Origin: an uncultured bacterium
GTDB lineage: Bacteria > Armatimonadota > Abditibacteriia > Abditibacteriales > Abditibacteriaceae
Assembly: GCA_963843795.1 (NCBI GenBank)
Contig: CAWJLW010000010.1
Coordinates: 186,001 to 250,000 of the forward strand
Direction of reading: 5' to 3'
DNA length: 64,000 nt
This document shows positions 1 through 10,652 of this stretch, piece by piece. Numbering within the stretch: position 1 is the stretch's first letter; each line of letters begins with the position of its first letter. The notes beneath the pieces were generated by a model. The model worked only from the letters and a program-made list of their open reading frames with translations. It searched no databases and was not told where the DNA came from. The position numbers were made by a program, and so were the translations under genes.

Positions 1-957
1 TGCGGGCGTAATGTCGTCCAGCGTGCGCGAAAATAACGCTACGCGCACGCTTCCGTCCGATGCGATTTCGATGTGCGCCTGGCCGCGAATGCCATCGAAT
101 TTATCTTCGACCGCGAACTTGTCGGGCATTTGCTTGTCCACATCAGCCAAACTTTCCGTTGGCGAGGCGAGCATCGATTTCAGCGGATGAAACAATTGCA
201 TCTGCGCCGTCGCCAGCGCGCGCTGGCGCGCCAAAAGTGCGGTTTGTCCCAAATCGCCCAGCAGCATATTAGCGCGCTGCACTTCGCCGGTTTTCACGTC
301 GAACTGACGCGCCAAGGCGTCTTCGACGCCACTTTCTTTGAAGCCGATGCGCAGATCGTTGGCAAGCATACGCACCAGATATTTGGCTTCAAGCGGATGC
401 AGGCGTGCGAATTCCTGCGTCAACAATTGCTTTTTGGCACCGCTGCCCGCAGTGTCGGCGAGTTCGCCTAAAAATTGTTGAATATCGGCCAGCGTCCAAC
501 GATTTTCACGCAGCGCGCTGGGCGTTTCCGACAATAATTCAAAGGCCACATCGCCGGGATCGCCCAATTTTACCAGCCGCGCTTTGAGCGTATTTTCCTC
601 GACGTTGGCGGCTGAAGCCAGCGCGCTAAGGAGCATCGCGCTGCCAATGTTCACGGTGCGCGCATCGCGGCCGGGAAAGTTTTGACCTCCGAAAAAGCGC
701 GTCGCCAGTTGCAAGTTGTCATCGGACAAGGTGGCGAAATAGGTTTGCGCGAGAATCGCTTTTTCCAGTCGCTTGGTAGTCGCGCCAATGGCTTGCGCGG
801 TTTGCGCGAAATTCAAAAACGAGTCGGATTGGGTTTGTTCGGTTGGAGAATTTGACACGCGCGCCGGTTTTGCAAGTGGCGCGCCAGCCTTTTGAGCATT
901 GGCGATGGGCTGAAAAGCCAGTGGCGCGAGCGCGGCAGCGAAAAGAAAGCGTTTCAT
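1..957 (-). CDS. ATP-dependent DNA ligase (LigB-like, with N-terminal DNA-binding domain); runs off the window edge; N-terminus looks like a signal peptide
   Basis: Absent from the ORF track (no stop in window). Manual translation from ATG at 957 gives MKRFLFAAALAPLAFQPIANAQK...FAQTAQAIGATTKRLEK...DLRIG...MLASP...EDKFDGIRGQAH...LFSRTLDDIT. KxDG is ligase motif I. Confidence 0.9.
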   Translation of the reverse strand, partial: MKRFLFAAALAPLAFQPIANAQKAGAPLAKPARVSNSPTEQTQSDSFLNFAQTAQAIGATTKRLEKAILAQTYFATLSDDNLQLATRFFGGQNFPGRDARTVNIGSAMLLSALASAANVEENTLKARLVKLGDPGDVAFELLSETPSALRENRWTLADIQQFLGELADTAGSGAKKQLLTQEFARLHPLEAKYLVRMLANDLRIGFKESGVEDALARQFDVKTGEVQRANMLLGDLGQTALLARQRALATAQMQLFHPLKSMLASPTESLADVDKQMPDKFAVEDKFDGIRGQAHIEIASDGSVRVALFSRTLDDITPA

Positions 958-1104
958 GAAATTATCTTAACCGTTTTTTGCCGAAAATTTGTCGAAACGC
1001 GCCCTGCAAGTACTTGCAGCAAGTGTTTGTGTGCTTTGCCACATCGGTTATCTTACGTTTGCTGTATATGCGAGAACGGAATTTGCGCACGCTTCCATCA
1101 GTCA

Positions 1105-1143
1105 AAACAAAAGCCGCGACAAGAGTTGTCGCGGCCTTTGTTT
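1105..1143 (-). terminator. Rho-independent terminator after the DUF1559 gene
   Basis: Stem gccgcgacaa-gag-ttgtcgcggc with a T-rich tail on the minus strand. Confidence 0.7.
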
Positions 1144-1198
1144 CATGTTGCTCAGTCTCTATTGATTCAGGTGGCGGGAGCGCTTACGCCATCAAATT

Positions 1199-1957
1199 TT
1201 ATTCGTAGACAACGTTGCCGGGCACTGTGCATTCGACGCCGTTGCTGTCGTAGTCCAAGCCCCTGCAAGCGGCCCAGTTGCTGGTGGGCCCTTCGCCCTT
1301 GCGCGCCTTGACATGACCATCGGCAAACAGGTAGTTGGCGGTGTCCAAATGACGCCCGGGCGCCACGTTGCCGTTGGCCTGCGCCGGCCCTGCGCTTGTC
1401 CACACGCCCGTGCCCATGGTAGCGCCATTGGTGAGACGGCGACCATTGGTGTGAGGCGCATCTTTGAAGAACGCGATAGCTTCCAAGTTGGTCGCCGAAG
1501 GGTTGGCCGTGACCGCGCCCACACCGTCAATGAAAATCGGCGTGATAGCGGGCGTCTCAAAGGCGGCCAGAGCACGGCCCGAACTAGCGACGTTGGCATT
1601 CATGGTGTAGCCGACGGTCTTGTCGCTGGCGCTGGGACAGGCAAAAAGCTGGGTGCTTTTGATGTATGGCTGAAACGCCGTAGCCCAGTTATGCGAATAA
1701 CCGCCCGTACCGCCCGTGCTCGAATAAGGGACCACCAGTTCGTCGTAATCCTGCGTGTATTGCAGCCAACCCAGGCCGATCTGCTTCAGGTTGCTCTGGC
1801 AGGAAGACCGGCGCGCGTTTTCGCGTGCCCGCGCGAAAACCGGAAAGAGAATAGCAGCAAGGATCGCAATTATTGCGATGACCACGAGCAGCTCGATCAA
1901 GGTAAAGGCGCTCCGACGCCGTTTGCCGCCCGCGCGACCCATCAGCTCTTCCAACAT
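1199..1957 (-). CDS. Prepilin-type N-terminal cleavage/methylation, DUF1559 / H-X9-DG protein
   Basis: [46 protein letters not shown]...QDYDE and [23 protein letters not shown] before ATG 1957. Confidence 0.92.
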   Translation of the reverse strand: MLEELMGRAGGKRRRSAFTLIELLVVIAIIAILAAILFPVFARARENARRSSCQSNLKQIGLGWLQYTQDYDELVVPYSSTGGTGGYSHNWATAFQPYIKSTQLFACPSASDKTVGYTMNANVASSGRALAAFETPAITPIFIDGVGAVTANPSATNLEAIAFFKDAPHTNGRRLTNGATMGTGVWTSAGPAQANGNVAPGRHLDTANYLFADGHVKARKGEGPTSNWAACRGLDYDSNGVECTVPGNVVYE

Positions 1958-2143
1958 ATTATCTCCTTGAAATTCTAACGTCCTTTGTTTATAGCCCAAA
2001 CCTTTCGAATCCTAACCTCAAATTCAGAAAATTGAGGTTGAGAAGGCATCCGTTTCACTCTGAAGCCGCTTTGATTTGTCCACAATGGTGCTGCAAGAAC
2101 GGGTACAAAGACGGGTGCAAGTACTTGCAGCGCGCATTTCACT

Positions 2144-4318
2144 TCAATATTGCCACGAACGATAGTCTTCGGCTTGAAACGTTTCGATTGGCGTTTTCAA
2201 ACGCCCGAAAATCGGGTTATCGCCCGCAGTGAGCCCAGCCGAAACAGCGAATGAAGTTTGACGGCGCGCGGCGGCGCGTTGGCTTTGGTCGAGCAGCAGG
2301 CGCGCCAGTTCGACATGCGCCCACATAGAATTGTCGATGGCGATGGCGTGGCGATACATCTTTTCGGCGGCATACGCGTCGCGATACGCGTAATAAGTCA
2401 GGTCGGCCAGCGCGCACAGCGCGCCGGAATTATCGGAATCGCGCTGCAACACTTCCTGGTAATGGCGCTCGGCTTTGCGATACAAACGCATTTTGTAGTG
2501 CAACAGGCGGCCATACTCCAAGCGCGCGCTGTTATCCTCGGGTCGCGCTTTGAGATAGGCTTCAAATTCGCGCGCAGCCGCCGAAAATTGTTCGTCGTCG
2601 TAAAAGTCGCGCGCCAGATAAGCCAATCGCAAATGCGCGCCCGCGTCTTGCGGATTTTTCACCAAGGCTTTGTCATAATGCGCGGTCACGCGGTCGCGCA
2701 TGGCTTGCATTTCGCCGTTCAGGCCAGCTTCCTGCAACACCAACAAAGCATCGCTGTAAGCGACGTCCAAAGCTTCGGAATCGGCTTCGATGCGGTTGGA
2801 GACCCACAGCAATTTTTGACGGTCGGAGTGCCATTTGGGCGCAAACATTTCCATGCCCCACAGCAAAATGCGCGCATCGTGCGGCGCGAGCCTGACCGCT
2901 TTCCAAAACGCGGCATCAGCGAGATTTCTGTCGCTGCCAAAAGCCGCTGCAACCGCGACTTCGCGCCACGCTTGAGCATTGTTCGCATTCAAGCGCGTCG
3001 ATTCAAGCGCCGCGTTGCGCCAGTTGGGATAAATTGCGTGGAGATATTTCCATTCGCGGCTGTTCATCTGCGAGGCCGCGCGCCGCTGTCGCAATTCCTG
3101 CGCTTGATCGTTCAAACTCTTTGCCAGTTGCAGCCACATCAGACCGTTGCGCGGCGCACTGCGCACGGCAGTATCGAGCCATTTGCGCTCCTCTTGACGA
3201 TTGCGGAGCGCGCGGAATTGCAGCGCCGAAGCGCAGGAAACCAGAAAATTGTTCGGATATTTTTTCTGCGCCGCTTCCAGCAGCGCACCATTCTCGACGT
3301 TGTAAGCGAACTGATTGGCCTGAAGCCAGCCGATTTCGCCCAGCACCAGCGTGTTGTGTGACGCGCGTTTCAAAAGCTGCGCGACCACCTGTTTTTGCGC
3401 CTGATTGCTGCACTGCCCATCGCGCAACATCAGCAAAGCGGCCAAAGGTTCGCGCGCGGCAAGCTTTGTCAAACGCAGCGAAGTCGGCGCGTCCAACGGT
3501 TGGTCAGATGTCCATGGCACGCGGCCCAGAAATTCTAAATCTTCTGGTGTCGCGTAAATTTTTTCAATTTTTTCGTGCGCATTTGCGCCGGTTGCGCGGC
3601 CCAATCGCGCGGCCAAAACGGGTAATTGCGCCACGATTTGCGCGCGATTGCCGCTGATACTAAAAGTTTCGCCCGTGTTCGTGGACGGATGGGCGCGCCA
3701 GAGTTGATAGGTCAAAGTCGCGCGCCCATGATTTTCTTTCCACTCGCCAATCGCGACGTGCGAAGCGCCGCTTTGCGCGACAACCGGCAAATCGGCGGGC
3801 GCGAATTGCCGCGTGGCTTTCTTCAACTGGCGCCGCGCGTCATCGACTTGTCCCCATAGCGGCGTCGCAGACAGTTCGCCCTGTCCAGCGGCCCTCAAAT
3901 GCAGCCAGCGCGCACAACCCACACCAAATTTTTGCGCTTCATCGCTGATATTTTTAGCGGCGCGCGGCTCCGCGACGACCAAACCCAAACCCACAGCGCC
4001 GTTTGTGCCGACAAGTCGCGCGGCCCATTGCGCCGCTGCGTTTTGCGCTGCGGTTAAAATTTGCTTTTGCGCCAGATTATCGGGTGGCAGCGCCGGTAAA
4101 GGTGGCGGGGTGGAATTGAGAATGGGAAGCGCGAGAGTGCGGTGCGAGCCGATGGTTTGCACCGATGCAATTGGTTGTGGGAGATCAACTGGTGACCTGC
4201 GCGCACAACCGCCCAGAAGCGAAAGTACAAAAGCCCATGACAACGCGACCGAGTATCGCGCCTTCGTTTTTATCAAGATAACGATCACCTCCGCGCAATG
4301 CGCATGGTGGCGCGCCAA
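2144..4318 (-). CDS. Tetratricopeptide-repeat protein, possible lipoprotein (start uncertain)
   Basis: 724-aa ORF with hydrophobic stretch plus LLGGC, and TPR-like helices (ALVKNPQDAGAHLRLA, YLKARPEDNSARLEYG). Confidence 0.7.
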   Translation of the reverse strand: MARHHAHCAEVIVILIKTKARYSVALSWAFVLSLLGGCARRSPVDLPQPIASVQTIGSHRTLALPILNSTPPPLPALPPDNLAQKQILTAAQNAAAQWAARLVGTNGAVGLGLVVAEPRAAKNISDEAQKFGVGCARWLHLRAAGQGELSATPLWGQVDDARRQLKKATRQFAPADLPVVAQSGASHVAIGEWKENHGRATLTYQLWRAHPSTNTGETFSISGNRAQIVAQLPVLAARLGRATGANAHEKIEKIYATPEDLEFLGRVPWTSDQPLDAPTSLRLTKLAAREPLAALLMLRDGQCSNQAQKQVVAQLLKRASHNTLVLGEIGWLQANQFAYNVENGALLEAAQKKYPNNFLVSCASALQFRALRNRQEERKWLDTAVRSAPRNGLMWLQLAKSLNDQAQELRQRRAASQMNSREWKYLHAIYPNWRNAALESTRLNANNAQAWREVAVAAAFGSDRNLADAAFWKAVRLAPHDARILLWGMEMFAPKWHSDRQKLLWVSNRIEADSEALDVAYSDALLVLQEAGLNGEMQAMRDRVTAHYDKALVKNPQDAGAHLRLAYLARDFYDDEQFSAAAREFEAYLKARPEDNSARLEYGRLLHYKMRLYRKAERHYQEVLQRDSDNSGALCALADLTYYAYRDAYAAEKMYRHAIAIDNSMWAHVELARLLLDQSQRAAARRQTSFAVSAGLTAGDNPIFGRLKTPIETFQAEDYRSWQY

Positions 4319-4391
4319 AACATGGCGTGCGCAAAACTTTGTGTTACCTCAGATTGCCCCAAACTCCGATTTTTTCAACCTCAAACCGAAA

Positions 4392-4432
4392 AATCGCGTG
4401 GCAAGTACTTGCGCAGTACTTGCCACGCGATT
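4392..4432. repeat. Hairpin built from two copies of the palindrome between divergent genes
   Basis: aatcgcgtggcaagtact-tgcgc-agtacttgccacgcgatt, an 18-bp perfect stem. Confidence 0.9.
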
Positions 4433-4497
4433 GGAGTCTGGGTTCAAAATGGAGTGGTCGAGGTGGGCGCGAAAGCGTTGGTCTTTGATTTACAACC

Positions 4498-5709
4498 ATG
4501 AAAACTTTTAAATTAACCCAATCGTTTCAAGAATTTTTCGACAACGAGAAAGCTGCCGGTTTCGCCCTCATGGGCTGTTCGGTGATCGCCATGTTGCTGG
4601 CCAATTCGCCGTTTTCAGCGGCGTTTGTGAGCCTGTGGAAAACCTATGTTGGCGGGCTGACGCTTTCCTACTGGATTAATGATGGCTTGATGGCGATCTT
4701 TTTTCTGCTTATCGGCCTTGAACTCGAACGCGAGCTTTACAAAGGCGAGCTATCGAATTTGCGCAGCGCTCTGCTGCCGATTTTCGCCGCGCTGGGCGGC
4801 GTTTTGCTACCGGCTCTGATTCATTTCGGCTTTAATCGTGGCACGCCAACCCAAGCGGGCGTGGCGATTCCAATGGCGACCGACATCGCGTTCGCGCTCA
4901 GTGTGCTGGCTTTAATGGGCAGTCGAGTGCCCGCCGCGCTGAAAATTTTTCTCACCGCGCTGGCCGTCATCGACGATTTGTGCGCTATCATCGTCATCGC
5001 AATTTTTTACACTTCGAAACTGTCGATTTTGTATCTGGCATTGTCGCTGGGCGTGTTCGGTGGGCTGATGACATTGAATCGTCTGCGCGTGATGAAGCTG
5101 CCGTTTTATCTGGTCGGTGGCGCGCTCATGTGGTTTTTTATGCTGCGTTCGGGCATTCACGCCACGATCGCCGGAGTTCTACTGGCGTTTGCGATTCCCT
5201 TCACGCCCGCACCCGACGACCAGAAATCGCCTTCGTATCGACTGGAACACTGGCTTCACAAGCCGGTCGCTTTTCTGGTTTTGCCATTGTTCGCTTTGGC
5301 CAACGCGGGCATTGTCATCGGCAGTGATTGGGCGGCGACGCTGGGTTCGCCCAATAGTTTGGGCATTATTTTTGGTTTGCTGGGCGGCAAAGTTGTTGGT
5401 GTGGCCGTTGTGGCGTCGCTGGTGATTCGATTGGGCTGGTGTCGCGCGCCTTTGGGGCTGGGCTGGCCACAATTTGTGGGCGCAGGCTTTCTGGCTGGTA
5501 TCGGCTTCACGATGTCGATTTTCATCACCAATCTGGGCTTCAAGGGCAACGAAACACTTATCAACAATTCCAAAATGGCCGTGCTCGCCGCCTCGCTTTT
5601 GTCGGGCGTCATCGGTTATATCTGGCTCACGCTCGCCAGTAATTCCGATACCTCTGAGGCAGGAAAAGACAGAGCCAATACGATTTCTTACGGCGATTCC
5701 AACGATTGA
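4498..5709 (+). CDS. nhaA: Na+/H+ antiporter NhaA
   Basis: WINDGLMAIFFLLIGLELERE, AIPMATDIAFAL, LAVIDDL, GIGFTMSIFI motifs. Confidence 0.95.
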   Translation: MKTFKLTQSFQEFFDNEKAAGFALMGCSVIAMLLANSPFSAAFVSLWKTYVGGLTLSYWINDGLMAIFFLLIGLELERELYKGELSNLRSALLPIFAALGGVLLPALIHFGFNRGTPTQAGVAIPMATDIAFALSVLALMGSRVPAALKIFLTALAVIDDLCAIIVIAIFYTSKLSILYLALSLGVFGGLMTLNRLRVMKLPFYLVGGALMWFFMLRSGIHATIAGVLLAFAIPFTPAPDDQKSPSYRLEHWLHKPVAFLVLPLFALANAGIVIGSDWAATLGSPNSLGIIFGLLGGKVVGVAVVASLVIRLGWCRAPLGLGWPQFVGAGFLAGIGFTMSIFITNLGFKGNETLINNSKMAVLAASLLSGVIGYIWLTLASNSDTSEAGKDRANTISYGDSND

Positions 5710-6686
5710 GTCGCGCGCATAATGCGGTCGCGCACGCCTTGCCACGAACTTTCATCGGGCGGCATTTCAATCATGATTTCCTCGCAATGCGCCGCATCTA
5801 ATTCGTGCAGAGATTGGTACAAGAGGCTCGCGTAAATTGAGGCATCGCGTGGCAAAACAATGGCGCGCGTGTGGGCGAAGCCGTCGGCATTTTCTAGCAC
5901 CAGAGCGCCGATGTTGGCGAATTTTCGCTTCTGCAAGTACTTGCGGGCAGCTTCGCGGTTATCGAAACGCAAAGCGCGCGCGCGCGGCGCATAGTGGCGA
6001 TCCATCATGCCGGGCGCGGCGCGCGGCGCTTCATCGTTTTGGTGTTGTGCCTTTTCAATCGGGCCGATGATGCTTTCGATTTGCGCCTGCGAAATTGCGC
6101 CCGCGCGCAACAAAACCGGCGTTTGGCGTGATAAATCAAGAACCGTCGATTCGATGCCAATATTGGCCACGCCGCCATCGAGCAGCAAATCCAAACGCGG
6201 ACCGAGGGCGTTCCAAACGTGCGCGGCGCGCGTGGGCGAAAGTTGCATAAAACGGTTGGCGCTCGGTGCGGCGATGGGAATTTGCGCCGCTCGTAGCAAC
6301 TTTTGCGCGACCGGATGCGCGGGCACTCGCACACCGACAGTTTCCAATCCGGCACTCACAATGGCAGGGACGCACGACGCTTTGGGCAAGACCAGAGTGA
6401 GCGGGCCGGGCCAGAATTGCTCGGCAAGACGCTGCGCTTGCGCGGGCCAATCGGCAAGTACTTGCCGCGCGCTTGCGACATCGGGAAAATGCACGATAAG
6501 CGGATTATAAGCGGGACGTTCTTTGGCCGCGTAAATTTTGGCCACCGCAGTGGCGTCCAAAGCGTGCGCGCCCACTCCGTAAACGGTTTCGGTGGGAAAC
6601 GCCACCAGACCTCCCTCACACAAAATTTGTGCGGCGCGGGCGATATTGGCTTCAGTGGCGGGCACAACGATGGAATCGTGAGTCAT
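5688..6686 (-). CDS. sua5: L-threonylcarbamoyladenylate synthase (Sua5/TsaC with C-terminal Sua5 domain)
   Basis: VAFPTETVYG, KERPAYNPLIVH, AAPSANRF, GIESTVLD, PGMMDRHYAP. Confidence 0.93.
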   Translation of the reverse strand: MTHDSIVVPATEANIARAAQILCEGGLVAFPTETVYGVGAHALDATAVAKIYAAKERPAYNPLIVHFPDVASARQVLADWPAQAQRLAEQFWPGPLTLVLPKASCVPAIVSAGLETVGVRVPAHPVAQKLLRAAQIPIAAPSANRFMQLSPTRAAHVWNALGPRLDLLLDGGVANIGIESTVLDLSRQTPVLLRAGAISQAQIESIIGPIEKAQHQNDEAPRAAPGMMDRHYAPRARALRFDNREAARKYLQKRKFANIGALVLENADGFAHTRAIVLPRDASIYASLLYQSLHELDAAHCEEIMIEMPPDESSWQGVRDRIMRATQSLESP

Positions 6687-6708
6687 GATTTTGGCGCACA
6701 CTCAATTG

Positions 6709-7191
6709 ATGAGCACTGAACGGGACAAGCAAATTCTGACACATTTAGACGAACTGCTGCCGCACGCAGTCGCGTGGGTTCGCGAACAAGAACATGATAT
6801 TTTGCAGCACGGCGTCGCTTTGAATCCCAGAGAAATTCAAATCGCGCAAGCGTTGGGTGTAAAAAACAAGGCGCACGTCCGCTTATTAACAGTTGACGAA
6901 ATGCCGCAACCGCAGCATCCGATTTTACACGAGGCCGCGCAGCACAGCGGATTTTTCGCGCTCGGCACGCAAGGCATGACGCTGGGCGCGGGCATTTTCA
7001 TCGCCCGCGCCGCATGGCGCACGGAAGATTTACTGGCGCACGAACTGGTTCACATCGCGCAGTATGAGCGCCTGGGCATCGAAGAATTTTTGCGACGTTA
7101 TCTCAGCGAATGTCTCACGGTGGGCTACTGGAACTCACCGTTAGAAATGGAGGCGCGTCAAAGAAGTGCCCTTATTTTGCGGCAATTTTAA
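6709..7191 (+). CDS. Hypothetical HExxH protein (DUF4157/zincin-like)
   Basis: GMTLGAGIFI...LLAHELVHIAQYERLG...NSPLEMEAR. Confidence 0.65.
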   Translation: MSTERDKQILTHLDELLPHAVAWVREQEHDILQHGVALNPREIQIAQALGVKNKAHVRLLTVDEMPQPQHPILHEAAQHSGFFALGTQGMTLGAGIFIARAAWRTEDLLAHELVHIAQYERLGIEEFLRRYLSECLTVGYWNSPLEMEARQRSALILRQF

Positions 7192-10100
7192 GCGTTAGGT
7201 GAGCTTTGCGCTTGAACTTCAAAATCTGAGTTTTCATCTTCTGCGCCACGCCGGCGCGCCAGCCAATTAATCGCATCGTCAAACAGCGAATACACAACGG
7301 GCACGGCTAACAAAGTCAGCAGCAACGAAAGGGTTTGACCGCCAAAAATCACCGTACCGATGGCGCGGTTGGTGCCGGAACCGGCCCCGCTCGATAAAAC
7401 CAGCGGCAGCATGCCGGCCACAAAGGCCAGTGTCGTCATCAAAATTGGGCGCAAACGGTCGCGATTGGCCTGAATGATCGCGTCGTAGCGGTTCATACCT
7501 TGAGCGCGCAGTTGATTGGAATGATCGACTTGTAAAATCGCGTTTTTCTTCACCACGCCAAACAAAACCAAAATGCCCAACAGCGAGAAGATGTTCAATG
7601 ATTGGCCGAACAGCCAAAGCGAAAGCAAGGCAAATGGCACCGTTAAAGGAAGAGACGTGAGAATGGTGAGCGGATGAATCCAGCTTTCAAATTGCGCGGC
7701 CAAAATTAAATACATGAAAACCATCGACAGGCCCAGCGCGACCAGAAACGCTTGGTTAGTGCGCTGCTGTTCCAGTGAACTGCCCGAAGCCGAAACTTCG
7801 TAATCCGGCCCCAGATTCAAATTATCGACGATTTTTTCAATCGCCGCGCCAATCGCCGCTTCGCTCGCGCCTTCTTCGACATTGGCCGAAAGCGTGATCT
7901 GGCGACGCCGATTGTAGCGCTCGATAGTGGCCGGGCCACTGGTGCGCTCAAAGCTGACCACGCGTCCCAATTCAACGGTGCGCCCACTGCCATTCGACGG
8001 CGCGGCGCTGACGGCACCGGAACTGATTTCGGGAGGCAGGAAATCGGGGTTGGTCGGCACCGTCAACTGCGCGATGCCTGCTTCGGAAGTGCGGTCGCGC
8101 TCGGGTGCGCGCAGATGAACTTCGTACTGACGTCCGTCTTCGACGTAATCCGTCACGCGATTGCCGCCCACCAGATAGCGCAGAGTGTTTGACAAAACTG
8201 CGGGATCGACGCCCAGTTCGCCTGCCATCACGCGATTGATGCGCACTTTAATTTGCGGCTGCCCCAGCTTCAATGAACTGTCGGCATCGGCCACGCCATC
8301 GACTTTTTCGATCTGCGCCACTGCGCGGTCGGCGCCTTCTTTCAAGCGATTCAGGTTCGGCCCACTGAGAATATATTGAATGCGCCCCGCACCGCCGCCA
8401 CCGATGAGACCGAACGAGTTGATCGGCGAAACGCGCACTTTGGCGTTGCCTTCACGTCCGATTTTGCCCAGAGCCTTGCGCATCTTGTCGATGACTTCGC
8501 TTTGCGAAAGTTCGCGTTTATCGACATCTTTGAGGCGCACATAAATGTTGGCTTCGTTGGAACTGCCACCACCGCCGCCATAAACGCTGCCCGCCGTGTT
8601 CAACAGCGTGTAATCGACTTCCTTGAAGTTGCGCGTCGCCTTATCAACTTTTTGCGCCAATGCGCGTGTCACTTCCAACGCGGTGCCCTGAGGCGCGCGC
8701 AACGAAACCTGTAATTGCGATTCGTCTTCTTCGGGCAAAAAGTTGAACGGCAGCACGCGCAGCCCGAAGGGAATTGTCGCCAAGGCACCGGCACATACTA
8801 AAACAACAACCCAGCGATGCGCCAGACTCCATTTCAGCATCGACACATACGCGCTATCAATCAGACCATAGAAACCACTTTGGCGCGCCGAACTCTGGTT
8901 ATGCTGCGCGGCAAGTACTTGCGGTGCGCTTTTGGTTTCCTCCAGCGGCGCCTTTGATTTTTTGCCTTTGCCCAGCCAACGCGCGGTGAGCATTGGTGTG
9001 AGCGTGAAGGAAACGAACAGCGAAACCAAAATCGCGAACGACATCGTAAGGCCAAACGAAGCCAAAAAGCGGCCCACAATGCCGTTCATAAATGCGACTG
9101 GCAAAAAGACTGCAACCAAAGAAAGCGTGGTCGCCAAAACCGCGAACCCAATTTCGCGAGTGCCTTCAATGGCCGCCTGCATCGGTGGCATTTCTTTTTC
9201 TTCGATGAAACGATAAATATTTTCCAGAACCACAATCGCATCGTCGATCACGATACCCACTGCCAATGTAAGGGCCAAAAGTGTGATAACGTTGAGCGTC
9301 AAGCCCAAAATCCACATCAGGGCGAAAGTGGCGATAAGAGACGTCGGAATGGCAATCGACGCGATGAGCGTGCTGCGCCAGTTCCACAGAAAAAACAAAA
9401 CCACCAGAGAAGCCAGCAGCGAGCCGAGCAAAAGATGTTCTTCAACCGATTCGACTGCGGCACGAATAAAATCGTCCTGTGAACGCACGATGCTGGCATT
9501 GATGCCGGGCGGCGCGGTTTCCTGCGCCTTTTCGACGCGCTGACGCACGTTTTCAATCACTTCCAAGGTATTGAAACCGCTTTGCTTGTAAATCGCCAAT
9601 TGCACTGTCGGCTTGCCGTTAAGTTCTGAAGACGAAGTTTCGACTGCCAGACCATCTTCGACGCGCGCCACATCGCCCAGCCGGATGCGCACGCCGCCGC
9701 CCGAACGCAGCAGAATATCTTCAAACGCTTTCACCGATTTGATGCGACCTTCGACGCGCAGGCTCAGAGTTTCCTTGGGCTGTTCGACCAGACCGCCCGG
9801 AATATCGTTGTTTTGCGCTTGCAGAGCGCTGATTAAATCGGGCACCGCCAAATTGTAAGAGCGCATGCGCTCGGCATCGGGCGTGATATTGATCTGGCGC
9901 TCGCGGTCGCCGCGCAGTTGAACATCGCCCACGCCACCGGCATTTTCCACCATGTTACGCAACGTCACATCGGCATATTTAGTGATCGTGCCAATGGGCT
10001 GCGTGCCCGAAACCGCAATCGACAAAACCGGAATCTGATTGGGATCGAAGCGGCGCACGCTGGGCGGATCGACGTTTTCGGGCAACTGGCCTTGGACGCG

Positions 10101-10442
10101 CCCGATGCGGTCGCGCACTTCCTGCGTGGCGACATCAATATCGGTTTCCAGCGAAAACGTCACGCGCACCGACGAACTGCCTTCGCTCGAACTGGAGCGC
10201 AATTCTTCAATACCGGCGATAGTATTCACAGCTTCTTCGAGCTTGTCGGTGACTTCGACTTCCATCGTTTCAGGCGATGCGCCCGGTAAAGAAGCGCTAA
10301 CCGAAACCGTCGGCAGATCCACTTGTGGAAAGCGGTCGACGCCCAAACGCAAAAAGCCCGCCGTGCCAACGACGAGCAAAACTAAAATTAACACACAAGC
10401 GAAAACGGGGCGGCGCACGCACAATTCGGCTAATTTCTGCAT
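7188..10442 (-). CDS. RND efflux permease (AcrB/AcrD/AcrF family)
   Basis: MQKLAELCVRRPVF, GIVIDDAIVVLENI, GVVKKNAIL, RLRPILMTTLA. Confidence 0.95.
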   Translation of the reverse strand: MQKLAELCVRRPVFACVLILVLLVVGTAGFLRLGVDRFPQVDLPTVSVSASLPGASPETMEVEVTDKLEEAVNTIAGIEELRSSSSEGSSSVRVTFSLETDIDVATQEVRDRIGRVQGQLPENVDPPSVRRFDPNQIPVLSIAVSGTQPIGTITKYADVTLRNMVENAGGVGDVQLRGDRERQINITPDAERMRSYNLAVPDLISALQAQNNDIPGGLVEQPKETLSLRVEGRIKSVKAFEDILLRSGGGVRIRLGDVARVEDGLAVETSSSELNGKPTVQLAIYKQSGFNTLEVIENVRQRVEKAQETAPPGINASIVRSQDDFIRAAVESVEEHLLLGSLLASLVVLFFLWNWRSTLIASIAIPTSLIATFALMWILGLTLNVITLLALTLAVGIVIDDAIVVLENIYRFIEEKEMPPMQAAIEGTREIGFAVLATTLSLVAVFLPVAFMNGIVGRFLASFGLTMSFAILVSLFVSFTLTPMLTARWLGKGKKSKAPLEETKSAPQVLAAQHNQSSARQSGFYGLIDSAYVSMLKWSLAHRWVVVLVCAGALATIPFGLRVLPFNFLPEEDESQLQVSLRAPQGTALEVTRALAQKVDKATRNFKEVDYTLLNTAGSVYGGGGGSSNEANIYVRLKDVDKRELSQSEVIDKMRKALGKIGREGNAKVRVSPINSFGLIGGGGAGRIQYILSGPNLNRLKEGADRAVAQIEKVDGVADADSSLKLGQPQIKVRINRVMAGELGVDPAVLSNTLRYLVGGNRVTDYVEDGRQYEVHLRAPERDRTSEAGIAQLTVPTNPDFLPPEISSGAVSAAPSNGSGRTVELGRVVSFERTSGPATIERYNRRRQITLSANVEEGASEAAIGAAIEKIVDNLNLGPDYEVSASGSSLEQQRTNQAFLVALGLSMVFMYLILAAQFESWIHPLTILTSLPLTVPFALLSLWLFGQSLNIFSLLGILVLFGVVKKNAILQVDHSNQLRAQGMNRYDAIIQANRDRLRPILMTTLAFVAGMLPLVLSSGAGSGTNRAIGTVIFGGQTLSLLLTLLAVPVVYSLFDDAINWLARRRGAEDENSDFEVQAQSSPNA

Positions 10443-10507
10443 AACAATAGGAAAAAACGACCAAACAAGCGGACACAACTTCCGAACCCGCCACAAACAA
10501 AGCAACT

Positions 10508-10546
10508 ATGCCCTGCAAATACTTGCGGCAAGTACTTGCAGGGCAT
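10508..10546. repeat. Hairpin of tandem palindrome copies (one variant)
   Basis: atgccct-gcaaatacttgc-g-gcaagtacttgc-agggcat. Confidence 0.85.
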
Positions 10547-10652
10547 GGTGAATAGTCAATTGGAAACTTTGCTGCTTTTAAAGTTCCAACCAACTTCACC
10601 TCCGGGTTTTAGCTGAGAAAATTCTCAGTTGAATCACAAGTGCATCTCAACT

